Below are positions 1-11,408 of a DNA stretch of 64,000 nucleotides, piece after piece. The DNA is from Lama guanicoe (taxonomy: Eukaryota): the NCBI GenBank assembly GCA_013239625.1, contig MU053304.1:1116001-1180000 (forward strand). Reading direction: 5' to 3'. The notes under the pieces are model-generated. The model did no database searches and was not told the DNA's origin. It worked only from the letters and a program-made list of their open reading frames with translations. The translations under genes were made by a program, and so were the position numbers. Position 1 is the stretch's first letter; every line of letters begins with the position of its first letter.

Positions 1-1420
1 ATATGTAAATTCTTCTTCAGATTTTTTTTGTCTGATGTATGAAATTCTTTTCTGAAGTTCTCAAGGTTTCTTTTGGCCAAGAGAGCTTGAAGCCCACTAT
101 TATGGGCTTCTTTCCTGGGAAGTAAGCTGGCTTCAGTAATAGCCCGTGGTTCTTTTGAACATTTCTGATGGAATTTTGGCTTGTACTCTGTAGGTATCCA
201 GCACGGCTGATCTTGCCATCTGCTTTGGAGAGATTCTCCTATAACGTTAAAGGGCAAATTCTCTCTTGGTTGGATATTTGGCGAGCATTCATTTATTTTT
301 CTTGCTGTAATTCAGGAAGGACTTGAAATTTCTGCTGGTGTGATTGCCTCTCCCTTTTTGTGTTTTTCTAAGTTCAGTGAAGCCTTCTCAGTTTGAAGCC
401 TTTAAATATGAGGGCATTGGCTATTTCATCTTCTTCAGCTGATTTAGTGTGTATTCTATTTCTTTTACAGTGTTTTAAAATAATCATTTAATTGAGTAGC
501 ATCAATCAGTTTCCTCAGAAGTCCTTTTTTAAATTGAAGTATAGTCAGTTACAATGTGTTAGTCTCTAGTGTACAGCACAATGTCCCAGTCATACATATA
601 CATACATATATTCATTTTCATTAAAGGTTATTACAAGATATTGAATACAGTCCCCTGTGCTATACAGAAGAAATTGGTTATTTATCTATTTTTATACATA
701 GTTGTGAATATTTGCAAATCTCAAACTCCCTTCCTACCCTCTTTTCCCCCGCCCGGTAACCATAAAATTGTTTACTATGTCTGCAAGTCTGTTTCTGTTT
801 TGTAGATGAGTTCATTACTGTCTTCTTTTTTCAGACTCCAGATATGAGTAATATCATATGGTATTTTTCTTTCTCTTTCCTCAGAAGTCCTTTTGATTCA
901 TCTCCTAGGCCGTCTCTGTTTTCCGGTGCATTTGTTATATCCAGTTCCAAGCTCCCACCACCCACGTTGTCTTCTCCCAAGAACACCACCCAAGTCACTC
1001 CTCTGTAGCCAGTGGCCACTTAGAGGCTTAACCTGATTTTCTTCAGAACTCTCTAACATTTCATTTTGATTACAATGCTCGCTCCTCTCCCTTTCCCTTC
1101 TCTGGCTTCTTGTGGAAGCAGCTTCTTGCATCCTCAAAGATCATCCTTTTCATCCAAAGCATCTTTTAGTATTATCTAAAGTTGTCCTTTTTTCCTTCTG
1201 GTGTATTTTGAAGGCTGTTCAGTTGCATGTACTTGATATTGGATATATTTTGATGAATCTTCTGCAGACTGACTGTTTCTTGTAATGCTAGCCATCAGCT
1301 CAACCTGTTCTGAGTGTTTATAGATTTCTCTTTGATATGTCCTTTTCTAAAAGTGTCTATTTTAAGCCCAATTAAAGAGCTGGCAATCTCCAGCTCTTTA
1401 TTAATGTTCTCCAGTTTCAT
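1..1420 (-). pseudogene. Processed pseudogene of the cTAGE5/MIA2 (cTAGE) family, 5'-truncated, runs off the left edge, interrupted by an L1 at 529-875
   Basis: Minus-strand peptides are colinear with the recalled cTAGE5 coiled-coil region: KHSEQVELMASITRNSQSAEDSSK (vs [24 protein letters not shown]), ILKDALDE (vs AIKDALNE), LGEDNVGGGSLELDITNAPENRDGLGDESKGLLRKLIDATQLNDYFKTL (vs [49 protein letters not shown]), QQKFQVLPELQQE, ENLSKADGKISRA, LDTYRVQAK, KEAHNSGLQALLAKRNLENFRKE. No introns; stops (e.g. TAA at 465-467) and several frameshifts. Confidence 0.85.
529..875 (-). mobile_element. 5'-truncated L1 3' end (artiodactyl/camelid type) with TSD
   Basis: Typical L1 3'UTR (aattgaagtatagtcagttacaatgtg...); flanking direct repeat TTTCCTCAGAAGTCCTTTT at 510-528 and 876-894. 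Confidence 0.9.
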
Positions 1421-1430
1421 TTTTCAAGAG

Positions 1431-1660
1431 TTAATTTTTTAGAGCAGTTTAGATTCACAGGAAAATTGAGTGAAAGGTACAGAGATTTCCAATATGGCCC
1501 TCTGGCCCCTCACATGTGCAGCCTTCCCCATAGTCAACACCCCCACCAGAGTGATACCTTTGTTACAGCTGATAAACCTACACTGACACGTCGTTATCAC
1601 CAAAGTCCAGAGTTTACATTAGGGTTCACCCTTGGTGTTGTGCATTCTGTGGGTCTGACA
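1431..1660 (-). mobile_element. L1MC1-like 3' end
   Basis: ttttagagcagtttagattcacaggaaaattgag...cattagggttcacccttggtgttgtgcattct resembles the recalled L1MC1 3' terminus. Confidence 0.75.
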
Positions 1661-4125
1661 ATTAATACATTTAATGTAAGTGTTGACATGGTTGGTTTCA
1701 GTCCATCGTCTTGCTGTTTGTTTTCTATTCATCCTATGTGATCTTTGGTCCTGGTTTCCCTTTTCTGTTTTCTTTTGAATGAATCGGTTACGTTGTAGTA
1801 TGCTGTTTCAGCACCTCTATTGGTTTTGCAGCTCCACATTCTTCATTTTCTTTTATTTGAATTATTTTTTTTAGTGGTTGCCTCAGAGATTAAATACAGC
1901 ATGTATGCTTAACTTATCACAGTGTATGTTTAATTAATATTCAGCCAGTTCTAACACGAGAAACTTAGAGCAGGGTAATCACTCCTCTCTTGTCTTTCAC
2001 CCATGTCATATATCCTGCTCCTAAATGTGTTATAGACCCCGCAGTATTTTATTATTTTTGCTTTAGAAAGTCAACTGCTTTTTAAAGAAGTCAGGAAAGA
2101 GAGGAAACAGTCTTCCGTGTTTGCCCGTGTGCTCACATTTCTGGCACTCTTCGTTCCTTCCTATGATGTCTGAGTTTCCGTGAGTTTCCATCTGGTATCA
2201 TTTCTCTTCAGCCTAATGAGCTCCCTTTAGCACCTCCTGTACAGCGAGTCAGCAGGCTATGAGTTCTCTCAGCTGTAATTTATCTGGAAATGTCTATTTT
2301 ACCTTCGTTAACATTTTTTGATACAATAGAAATTAAAGCATTCTTTTTCATTTCCATTTTACAATGATATTTACCATTACTTTGTACTAGAAAAAGTGCA
2401 TCATCAATTATTACTTTATTTCTCAATGGATTATATTTAGGCAATAGAAAAAAATACAAACAATCTTTATTTGCATTTTAAAATGTTTCCAAACATTAAG
2501 GCAGATGGATAGAAGCAAAATATTCTGTCAAATGTATTTGTTTTGATTGTTAAATGTGTATATATATATATTTTCAATTCAATGCTTTTTAGTAAATAGT
2601 AGAACTGAGCAATCATCTTCACAATCCAGTGTTAGAACAGTGCAATCACTTTGAAATGTTCCTTCATGCCATTTGCAATTCATTCTTGCTCCCATCCTCA
2701 CCTACTGATCTGCTTTCTATCTCATAAACTTGGGACATTTCATATAATATGCAGTCTTTGGTCTGGATTCTTTCCAGTAGCACAGTGCTTTTCAGGTTCA
2801 TCCATTTTGTAGCTTATAGCATCAACTCTTTCTTTTTAACTGCTGCATAATATTTCCTTGTATAAGTCTATCACGTTTTCTTTATACATTCACTAGTTGT
2901 TGGACATTTGGATTGTTTCAAGATTTTCATTATTATGAACAATGCTGCTGTGAACACGCAGGCCCATGGTTTTGTGCGGGCATGTGTTTTCACTTTGCTT
3001 GGGAAGATTCTTTGAAGTGGAATGGCTGGGTGACATGGTAAGTTTATGTTACCTATTTGCATAGTTTATCTTTCTCCATCCTTTTTCTTCCAACCTATTT
3101 GTGCCTTTGAATCTAAGGTGTGTCTCCTGTAGGCAGAATTTAACTGGATCTGTCTCTTTCACCCAGTCAGACAATATCTGCCTTTCGATTGGGGTGTGTA
3201 GACCATTCACATTTAATATAATTATTAAAATATTTGGATCTCTATTTGCCATTTGGCTATTTGCTTTCTGTATGTCTTTTTGTTCCTCCATTCCTCATTA
3301 CTGCCTTCTTTTGTGTTAAATAAATATTTTGGGTACACCCTTTTCTTTTGTTGATTTTTAAATGACATTTTAAGATTTTTTCCCCCCACAGTGATTGCTT
3401 TAAGCATTACAATATACATTTTATCACAATTTACTTCAGACTGATACTAACTCAATCCTGGTAAAACAGAGGACTTTGCTCCAGTATAGCTCAATTCCAT
3501 CCCCTTCTCCTTTGTGCTATTATTGTCACAAATAATAAGTCTATCATCTATCTATTCATACTTATCTATGTTAGAAACACCATACTACAGTATCATACTT
3601 ATTGCTTTATGCAAATTTATGTCTTAAGAGAAGAAATAGGGGAAAAATACATTTATCTGTTACATAAAACTACATATTTACCATTTCTGTTTCTCTTCTT
3701 CCCATGGGTTTAAATTAGCATCTAGTGTCATTTCCTTCCCCTCAAAGGATTTTTTCTATATTTCTTCTAAGGCAGGTCTGCTAGCAATAAAATCTTCCAG
3801 TCTTCATTTATGTGAAAAAGTCTTTATTTTATTTCTCTTTTGAGGAATCATTTTATTGGATACAGAATTCCTGACTGACAGTTTTTTCTTTAGCGCTCTG
3901 AATTTGTCATTCCGCTGCCTCTGGCTGCCATCCCTGCAGATGCGGGCCATCAGCCACTACTGTATCGAAGTTCCCCTTACTGATGAGTTGTTTTCCTCTT
4001 GTTGCTCTCAAGTTTTTCTCCCTGTGGTTTCAACATAATGGTGACCCTACTATGTGGATGTTTTTGTATTTATCTTACTTGGTGTTCACCGAGTTTCTTG
4101 AATGTGTAGAATAATGCTGTTTAGA
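1661..4125 (-). mobile_element. Cluster of ancient L1 fragments including an ORF2 endonuclease start
   Basis: ORF 3049-3291 reads IIILNVNGLHTPIERQILSDWVKETDPVKFCLQETHLRFK (L1 EN motifs); ORF 2871-3062 resembles the ORF2 C-terminus (PAIPL...CVFTAALFII). Confidence 0.85.
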
Positions 4126-6309
4126 CACACTCACGTTGACTGTAGGCTCCTTCCTCCATCTGGTGCGGGGGTTGAACCTTCAGATTCCTCCTAGAACAGG
4201 ATGAGCTTTGACTGGGCTGCAGTTTTATTTCAACCGTGTTCTCTGTGGTTAGCCCAACCCCCAGTCTCCTGGGTCACTGCCTTCTTGATTGTATCATTTG
4301 AACTGGGAGGCAATTGGCTTCAATTTCAGATATTTTTGGTGCATCTTTGGATTCAGCTCTGGCAGAGCCCCAGAATTCAATCACCACAAGAATGTTTGAG
4401 ATTATGCTGTTTCCTTTTGCTTAGCATCCTCTATCCTATTGCTGTTTTCTTGGCAAAACTCAGAGGAGAAAACTTCTGGGCCAAGTGATGTGTCCTTGTG
4501 TTTGGGGCTCTTCCAGATTCCATTCTGTACCACAATCCATCTGCTTTCCAAGATCTGGCTGATTTCCCCTTATCTTTTGCAAAGCCTCTCCATCTATGGC
4601 TGAATTGCTCTTCTCCAGACCAGGCATCACCTCCAGGTTATAGAAGCTGCCTCAGTTTCCCATTTACCTATGAAACCTCAGTCATCTTGGGACTTTAGTT
4701 CATATAAAGTTCCCTTGTGTCCATCACTTTTTGCTAGCTTCATAGAAACATATTATTTCAATTTTGTTTGTTTGCTTTCCTTCTTCTTACCACAGGAATA
4801 AAGTCTTTTGTGACCTGCTAAACTTTGGCTGGAAGCAGAGGCCAAATCTGGAGATTCTGCTGGGTACTGAACCGTAGAATGAATGCTCTCAGCCACTCTG
4901 TTTTACTGCCGTTTCAGTCCAGACTTCAGAGGGCTGTTGTGAGGATTAAATGAGCTGCTGCACAGACACCCTCAGCCCCATGCTTACACAGCAAGCTAGG
5001 GAGGCCCAGCCCAAGCTGCCTGCGGCAGTCCCTGGTCTGCCCGGGACACCATCCGCAGCCAGCGGCTTGTTTCTTGCAGAAGCGCCTCCTGTGCCTCCCG
5101 GCGCCCAGCCCTTGGCATCCCCTCTGGCTGTGCCCACAGGGGCTGGTGCAGGGATGAGGGAGAACCTCCGAGCCCAGAAGAACTGGGCTCCCTCTCAAGC
5201 TTTGTCTGCGTGCATGTTGTGAAGGACAGAGGTTGCTGCCTCCATGTCCGTGGGTGAAGCTGCTAATAGCCAGACTGAAAACCATGGCCAACGGTGGCTC
5301 AGGAATGTCCTTCCTCTGCATGGTGGAGGCACGTGGCCCTCTTGGATGACCTGATGGCAGGGCGGGCTGTCCCCACGACCAGAGCCTAGGTCATTGTTAA
5401 GGCTTGGGTTCTCAGCTGCTCCAGCACAAATAGGCCAGTTGCGGCTCTAGGCTCCGCTTCAAGATCCAGAAAAATCTCAAGTTCCCAGGGTGAATGGGTG
5501 GCCGCCTCCCTCTTCAGCAAGTCTGGGCCCCTAGCCCCACTGGTGGGACTGCAGCTACCAGACGACTTGGGTTTTGTTCATTCACTGGGTCAGTGAGAGG
5601 TGGCTCTGGTGGTGTTTGGTGGGCACCGAAACAAAGGCGCCCCATCCGTGAGATGCTTCACTGCCATCTGCCTGAGAACCATCAAGTGAAACAGACAACC
5701 ATGGAGACGGTCCGAATGTGAACGGTGCCCCCTAGAAGTGTGCAGTTGCGGCTGCCCTGGTACGTAGCTCTCTGCTGAGCCTCCAGTGAGGGCTGAGGAC
5801 ATTGAAGTGAGTGACAACCCCCGATTCCTGATCCTGAGAAGCTCCCAGTCTGAGGGGGCAAATGCATAAACAGATAAATCTGACTCCCCAGTGAGGGATG
5901 GACCACACACGGTGGGCGCCCAGCATCGCTTGTCAGCCCAGCTCGGCCCAGCCCTGTGCCCTCTCTCGGTGGCTCTCTAGACCCCCTCCTGGTGCTAGGT
6001 CCAGGCCTGACCTCTGAGGCTGGTCTGCACCGTGGCCCAGCCCCCTAGGCCTCTCTGGTGGCCATGGCCTTCAAGGGTGGCCTCAGGGAGCTCTCCGAGA
6101 CCCACCATCCCTGCTGCCCTCAGTCTCCTGCCTGCCCTCCTCCTGGAGAGGCCAGTTCACCTCCAGCGTGAACACTTGTGGGTGCTTCTCCTCTTTGCCC
6201 ATTTGCCTGGCCAGGCCTCACTGGAGCTGTTGCTGCGGGCAGCCCCAGGAGCTGGGTAGCCTACTAGGTTCTTGGCACCTGCAGCTTGTGACACCTGCCC
6301 TCTCTTGCT

Positions 6310-6460
6310 CCTCCAGGGGTGGTTCTGGGATCTTGTTAGAAAAACAGGATCTTAGGCACCATCCTAGACACACTGGATCAGAATCAGCTTTTTGTGAAGA
6401 ACCACACCCCCCCTACCCCCTTAAGCGGCATATACGTCACCGTTTGCAAAACACTGCTCT
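6310..6460. mobile_element. MER5-like hAT remnant
   Basis: ttgttagaaa...ggcaccatcctagacacactggatcagaatc...tttgcaaaacactg. Confidence 0.55.
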
Positions 6461-6679
6461 GAGCTGTGCCTCAGAGTTCCGGGAACCTGTGAGGAGGGTG
6501 CCAGATGAATGGCCTCATCTGGGCATTTAATGTAAACGGTCAGAGTGGGTAAGATTCAGAGACCCCCTTTGCCAGGCTTATTTGGCCTCAATTATCTGCT
6601 CTTAACAGTTTTGGAGGAATATAGGCACTTGGAGGAGGATGCTGTGTGTAGGACTGAAGAAAAGAGGTGCCGCCTGCTG

Positions 6680-6845
6680 AGTTCACTTCTGGCTCTGCTA
6701 CCTGCTGCTGAGTGACCTTGGCTGAGTGGCTTAACCTCATTGTGCTTCTGTTTCCTCATCTGTAAAATCAGGGTAATGAAGGGCTGATTCATCTGAGTGT
6801 TGTGAAGATTAAGTGAGTTAGCCTTTGTAAAATGCTTGGTGACCA
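6680..6845 (+). mobile_element. MIR SINE
   Basis: Core gtgaccttggctgagtggcttaacctc...tttcctcatctgtaaaat...gttgtgaagattaagtgag. Confidence 0.8.
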
Positions 6846-7499
6846 CTCAAGTCAATATTAATGAGGACTGTTGGCAGTTAACGAAGAACCTTGAAAGAAT
6901 CTGTTGACATGGGTGATTTAGGAAGACTTATAGATGGTTAGCAAATATTTAGCTACCAGTTACCGCAAAAATAAATTCAATCAACGCTTATTCTGCATTG
7001 CATCATCACACAATTGAAGTCTGTTTCCTAAGAAGGGAAAAAGCTTTCTTATGATTTTAGAAGGCTGGTTATAATCATTTCAAGGGCGTTTGACTCGAAA
7101 CCTTGCGACTACAGCATTTTGAGGCAGAACAAACAGAATTTGCTGTCAATAGAATGGAAGGAGGAGGTAGGAGACCAGGCAAGGCATCAAGGATGATTGT
7201 TGACTAAGTCACCAGAGCCCTGGGCCTGGAGTGGGGGTTGGGGGGGAGCTGCAGGAGTTCCGGTTTGGACCTGGCAGATCAGGGGTTGTTGGACATCCAC
7301 GCGCAGCGGCGGAGATGCTGTGTGCACTGCTCTGTCCCCTCACGTCCTGAAAACCCAAGCGGCCTTTTGCCTTGCATTCAGCCATACGTGCTCAGTGTAT
7401 ATCCCACCCCCAGCCATTTTTGGGATCACTTATTTTGTTTCCACAATTTTATCATGAAACATGTCAAGCATACAGAAAATGGAAAGGATTTTACAGGGG

Positions 7500-8215
7500 G
7501 AAACAATGTAACGGGGGAGGAGAGACAAGGCTCCCATGCAGAAAATTTCCAAGTTAATATATGTGGGTACTCACTCTTAAGGAGATGAGTGTAGGCTGCT
7601 CATAGTAGCTCCTTCCTAAGAGGACAGAACTGAAAGAGGGAAGATGAAAGAGCAACTTTGCAGTGGAGAAACCTGACAACGCGACTTCAGCCAGGTGATT
7701 AGGGTCAACATCACCTAGGCTAAGTCCTGGTGACAGTGTGTGTCCTTGATATGATGTGACCAGGATGACACTTTACTTGTGTGGTCTTCTTCCTTTAAAC
7801 CCATAATCTCATTCGAATCATGCGGGAAACATCAGACAAATCCCAACTATGTTAGAGTCTACAAATTGACCAGTCCCTCCTCCAAACTGTCATCAAAAAC
7901 AAGGAAATTCAGAGACAACACAGCCAATAGGAGCCTACGGAGACATGACTAAATGTCATATGGGCTCCTGGATGGGGTCCTGGCACAGAAAAAGGACATC
8001 AGGGGCAAACTAAGGACATCTGCTTAAAGTATGGACTTAATAATAATACATAAGTATTGGTTCATAAATTGTGTTGAATGTCCCATACTAATTTAAGATG
8101 TTAATAATAGGAGAAACTGAGCGTGGGGTATATGGGAACTCTGTGTACTATCTTTGCAATTTTTTTCTGTAAAACTAAAACTCTTCTAAAATCTAAAGTT
8201 TCTTAAAAAACAAAG
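7500..8215 (+). mobile_element. L1MC3/4-like 3' region
   Basis: gcagtggagaaacctgaca...aatcatgcgggaaacatcagacaaatcccaa...gggtatatgggaactctgtgtactatctttgcaatt...A-rich end. Confidence 0.75.
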
Positions 8216-9939
8216 CAACCATATAAGCATCATTTAAATTCTACCCTTCACACTTTAGTATTTTTATCATACTTTGCACCACCTATCTGTCCCTCTCTCT
8301 GTCTCTTTTTTTAAAGCCTCTCTTGACTATCTTCCCCTTCTGGCTCAAAAAGGAAGCCGGGGGCCGACAGGCACACAATACCCACAGTGTCTCTGGGTCC
8401 TTTCACTTCTACTGGGCTGGATTTGCTCTCCCAATGCCCATTCCCCAGGCTCAGCCGCTACAAACAAGGAGCTCTACTGCCACCTAGTGGATTTTTAAAT
8501 TAAAAGGTTGAATGCAGGAAAAGCTGAAGGAGGCCTGCTGGCAGAGGGCCCCTCACTCAGGCTGCCAGGGACCCTGAGCCCAGAGATGACTCCACCCTGG
8601 CCCCTTCCCCACTAATCCCCATCTCAATTCTAATTTAGAATTAGGCATTTCCTAACTTTGGCCCCAATTCCCAGTTGTGCAATTATTTTGTAGGGTTAAA
8701 CGATACTTTTCAATTTTTTGGAAGGGGGCAGAGCATGAGGGAATTAGGCGTTTTCAAGTTTCACTAGCAGGTCTAGATGATCAAGAAGAACAGGTTTAGA
8801 GTAGTGGGTGTGCCCTGTCCAGCTGCTTTAGAAAGATAAGGGTGTGGAGGTTTCAGCTCACTGGACGTCGGGGCCTGGTCTGGGCCTCCGGACAGCCTCC
8901 CCAGGCAGGAACAGCTATGGTCACCAGTGGCCGGGCCAGTTTCTCCTAAATATTGAGGCCAGAGGGGCAGGATGGGTGCTTCCCGAGGGCAGGCAGCACC
9001 GCTCTGCCATACCAGGCCTCCGCTTCTGAGGGAGGCCCCTCACCTGGCAGCCGGCAGGCGTGGCAGTTCATGCCCCTGGGTTAGAAGGAACAAGGCAAGC
9101 CTGTCTTAATTGGGGTTGCCCTGGAAGTACAGCCTGGGATCAGGGTTCAAATGTTAGTTATTTATTTGGAACTCAGTCCCCAGAAACCCCAGTACACATT
9201 GGGACTTGAGTCAGGGGAGAGAAAGAATCCAATAAAATGTGTCAGCAAACCATTAATGTGATGGCTTCGAGCTGAGTCCTACGAGAAGCACCTCCTGGGG
9301 CTGAGGGGCCAGAACGCTGGGAAAGGGCAGCTTCTGGGGCATCAATTACTGCACTTCTGGTACCTTGGGCCACAACAAGCAGCTTCCCGAGAGCAGCAGT
9401 GGGTGCCAAGGGGCTGGGGTGAGGCACTGCCAGGTCCTCTTACCGTGTTCGTGTGACGGGGGTCCACCTGCCCACGCCACCTATTCAGCCCCAGGGAATG
9501 AGGTCCAGGGATGAGCAGGGCAGGACCGAGCACTGTCAGGTTAGGAGCGACGCCTTTGGGACGGTGGTCGCCTTCTCTGCACGGGGGAGACTGTAAGGAA
9601 GGGAGCAGCGAAGTCTGGGGGTGTGGAGGGGAGTGTGCGGGGAAGCAGGGAGGAAGAAGGAGCCAGATGGACAGCGGCCTTGTCTGCAAGCTTCCCTGGG
9701 CCCGCCAGCCGCCTTTGTAAGCGTTTTACTCTCCAATGAATGGAGGACCTAGCTCCCTGAAAAACAGAACAGAACCAGGTTGTTAGCACGGAACGCCACG
9801 TTTGCAGGTGATACAAATGTATCACCAAGGAACAGGAGTTCAAGATGAGCTAAGGCTCACCTTGTGGAGGATGGTGAAAAATAGAAATCTTTCCCCAAAT
9901 CTTGTGTCGGTTTTCCTAAAGGGCTACCTAGAAAACGGT

Positions 9940-10800
9940 GTCTCACAATCTCGGAGCACACGACCTCTTGCGCAGACACGGGGTGGTCACCACGCTTGGG
10001 GACGCAGGGCGGGGTCCCCACCGGACGGACACTCAGGAGCCTGTACATCACAACCTCGCGGGTCACTTAGAGCTCGTGCAGGGGTCAGCCGGAGCGGCCG
10101 GCGCAGCGAGGGCCGGGTCCGCAGGCGGCATGAACTCCGGGGGCTGGAAACCCGGGCCAGAGGCTCCAAGGCTCTCGTCGCGTTACCCGTCTGGGGCTGT
10201 GCGCGGACCGGAAGTGCAGGCGGGCACCGGAAGCTGACGTCGCCGCTGGGCGGGAGCAGAGGGCACGTGCGGGCGGTCTTTCCGTGGGTCGGAGTCGGGG
10301 CGGGCCGCGAGGGCTTTGAGGCAATGGCGGGAACGGCTCCCCTCGTCCTCCTGCTTCCTGGAGGCCACGTGGTCAGAGAGAGGGCCGTGCGACGTGGGGA
10401 GGACACAGGAGTGGCCGGACGCCCGCCTCTGGTCCCCGGGGGGCGCGCTGGGCGAAGGCCCAGGAGGGTGACTTGCCACCCCGGGTGGCTCTGGCTTCCA
10501 GAACCGGCACGCTGGCGAGCACGGCAGCCATTCCTCGAGCTTCCGCAGCTGCCATCTGTTTGATCCTTACACATGAGGGAGGGAGGAAGGAAGAGGCCGG
10601 GTAACTTCAGCTCCGGGTGTGCGGGCTGTGGGAGGAAGCAGAACTCGCTCAAGGGCCGAATCCAGCCCGCGGTGTGGCCACCCTCCTGTGTGACGCGGGG
10701 CACCCGTGCTCACTGCTCACCTTCAGGAGGAACGGCCGCATCACCCGTTCCCACGTCATTTTGGAGAAGCACGACACACGTGCGGGCTGAACTACCTAGA
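9940..10800. promoter_or_regulatory. CpG island with promoter-type motifs, downstream of CAB39
   Basis: Dense CpG and high GC. ETS/GABP ACCGGAAGTG 10207-10216 and ACCGGAAG 10226-10233, CRE-like TGACGTC 10235-10241, GC boxes 10248-10254 and 10297-10304, E-boxes CACGTG 10264, 10366 and 10777. Confidence 0.8.
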
Positions 10801-11361
10801 AGAGATGATGACGAGTAAAATGTTAATTGAGTTCAGGTAAGTGCTTTTGGCAACAGCATGTCCCGGAGAGTGGAGATCCCATTTGCTGACAAGGGTCCTT
10901 GAGGAGAGCGTTGTGTGCCCGTGCTAGCAGGTGGCCTGGAGGGCAGACTTCCTTCCACGTGCCCTTTAACACTGTGCTCCCATAGTTCTTTTACCTTCCT
11001 AGTAATTTCACTCCAGTAACTTGCAAGTACTCCTGCCACGCGCTTAGTTTTACCTTGCAGTGTTATTAATAAAAGGTCACAGAACCATAGGATCTCCCCA
11101 AAGGCTATGGTTTAAAAAGTGATGGTAGTAAAAGGTTTAATAATAATTAACTGTGAAAAGTAGGGCCAGGGAACCATGAGCCCTATAAGGTAAATGAAAA
11201 CCACATTTTTGACACCAAAAATAAAATGCTGAATAGGAAAAAAAGATTTAGAGAGACATATGTAATAAACCGGCTACAGTGTGTGACAAAAGTTTGTGCT
11301 TGTGCGTCTCCTGATGGGGCTGTTCACAGTGACACAAATGCTGTTATCTATAAGACATTAG

Positions 11362-11408
11362 AAAAACAAAAAACCAACAATGCTGTTTCTCCAAAATTTT
11401 ATTTTAAT
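11362..11408 (-). terminator. Distal CAB39 polyadenylation signal with downstream GU/U-rich element
   Basis: Minus strand ATTAAA (11403-11408) overlaps AATAAA (11398-11403), followed about 18 nt later by TTGTTGGTTTTTTGTTTTT (11362-11380). Confidence 0.8.

Noticed and set aside
9802..10703. Long overlapping ORFs (253 aa on +, 238 aa on -) across the CpG island
   Set aside because: Low-complexity Arg/Gly/Pro/Ala composition, open on both strands as expected from stop-codon scarcity in GC-rich DNA, with no recognisable domain.
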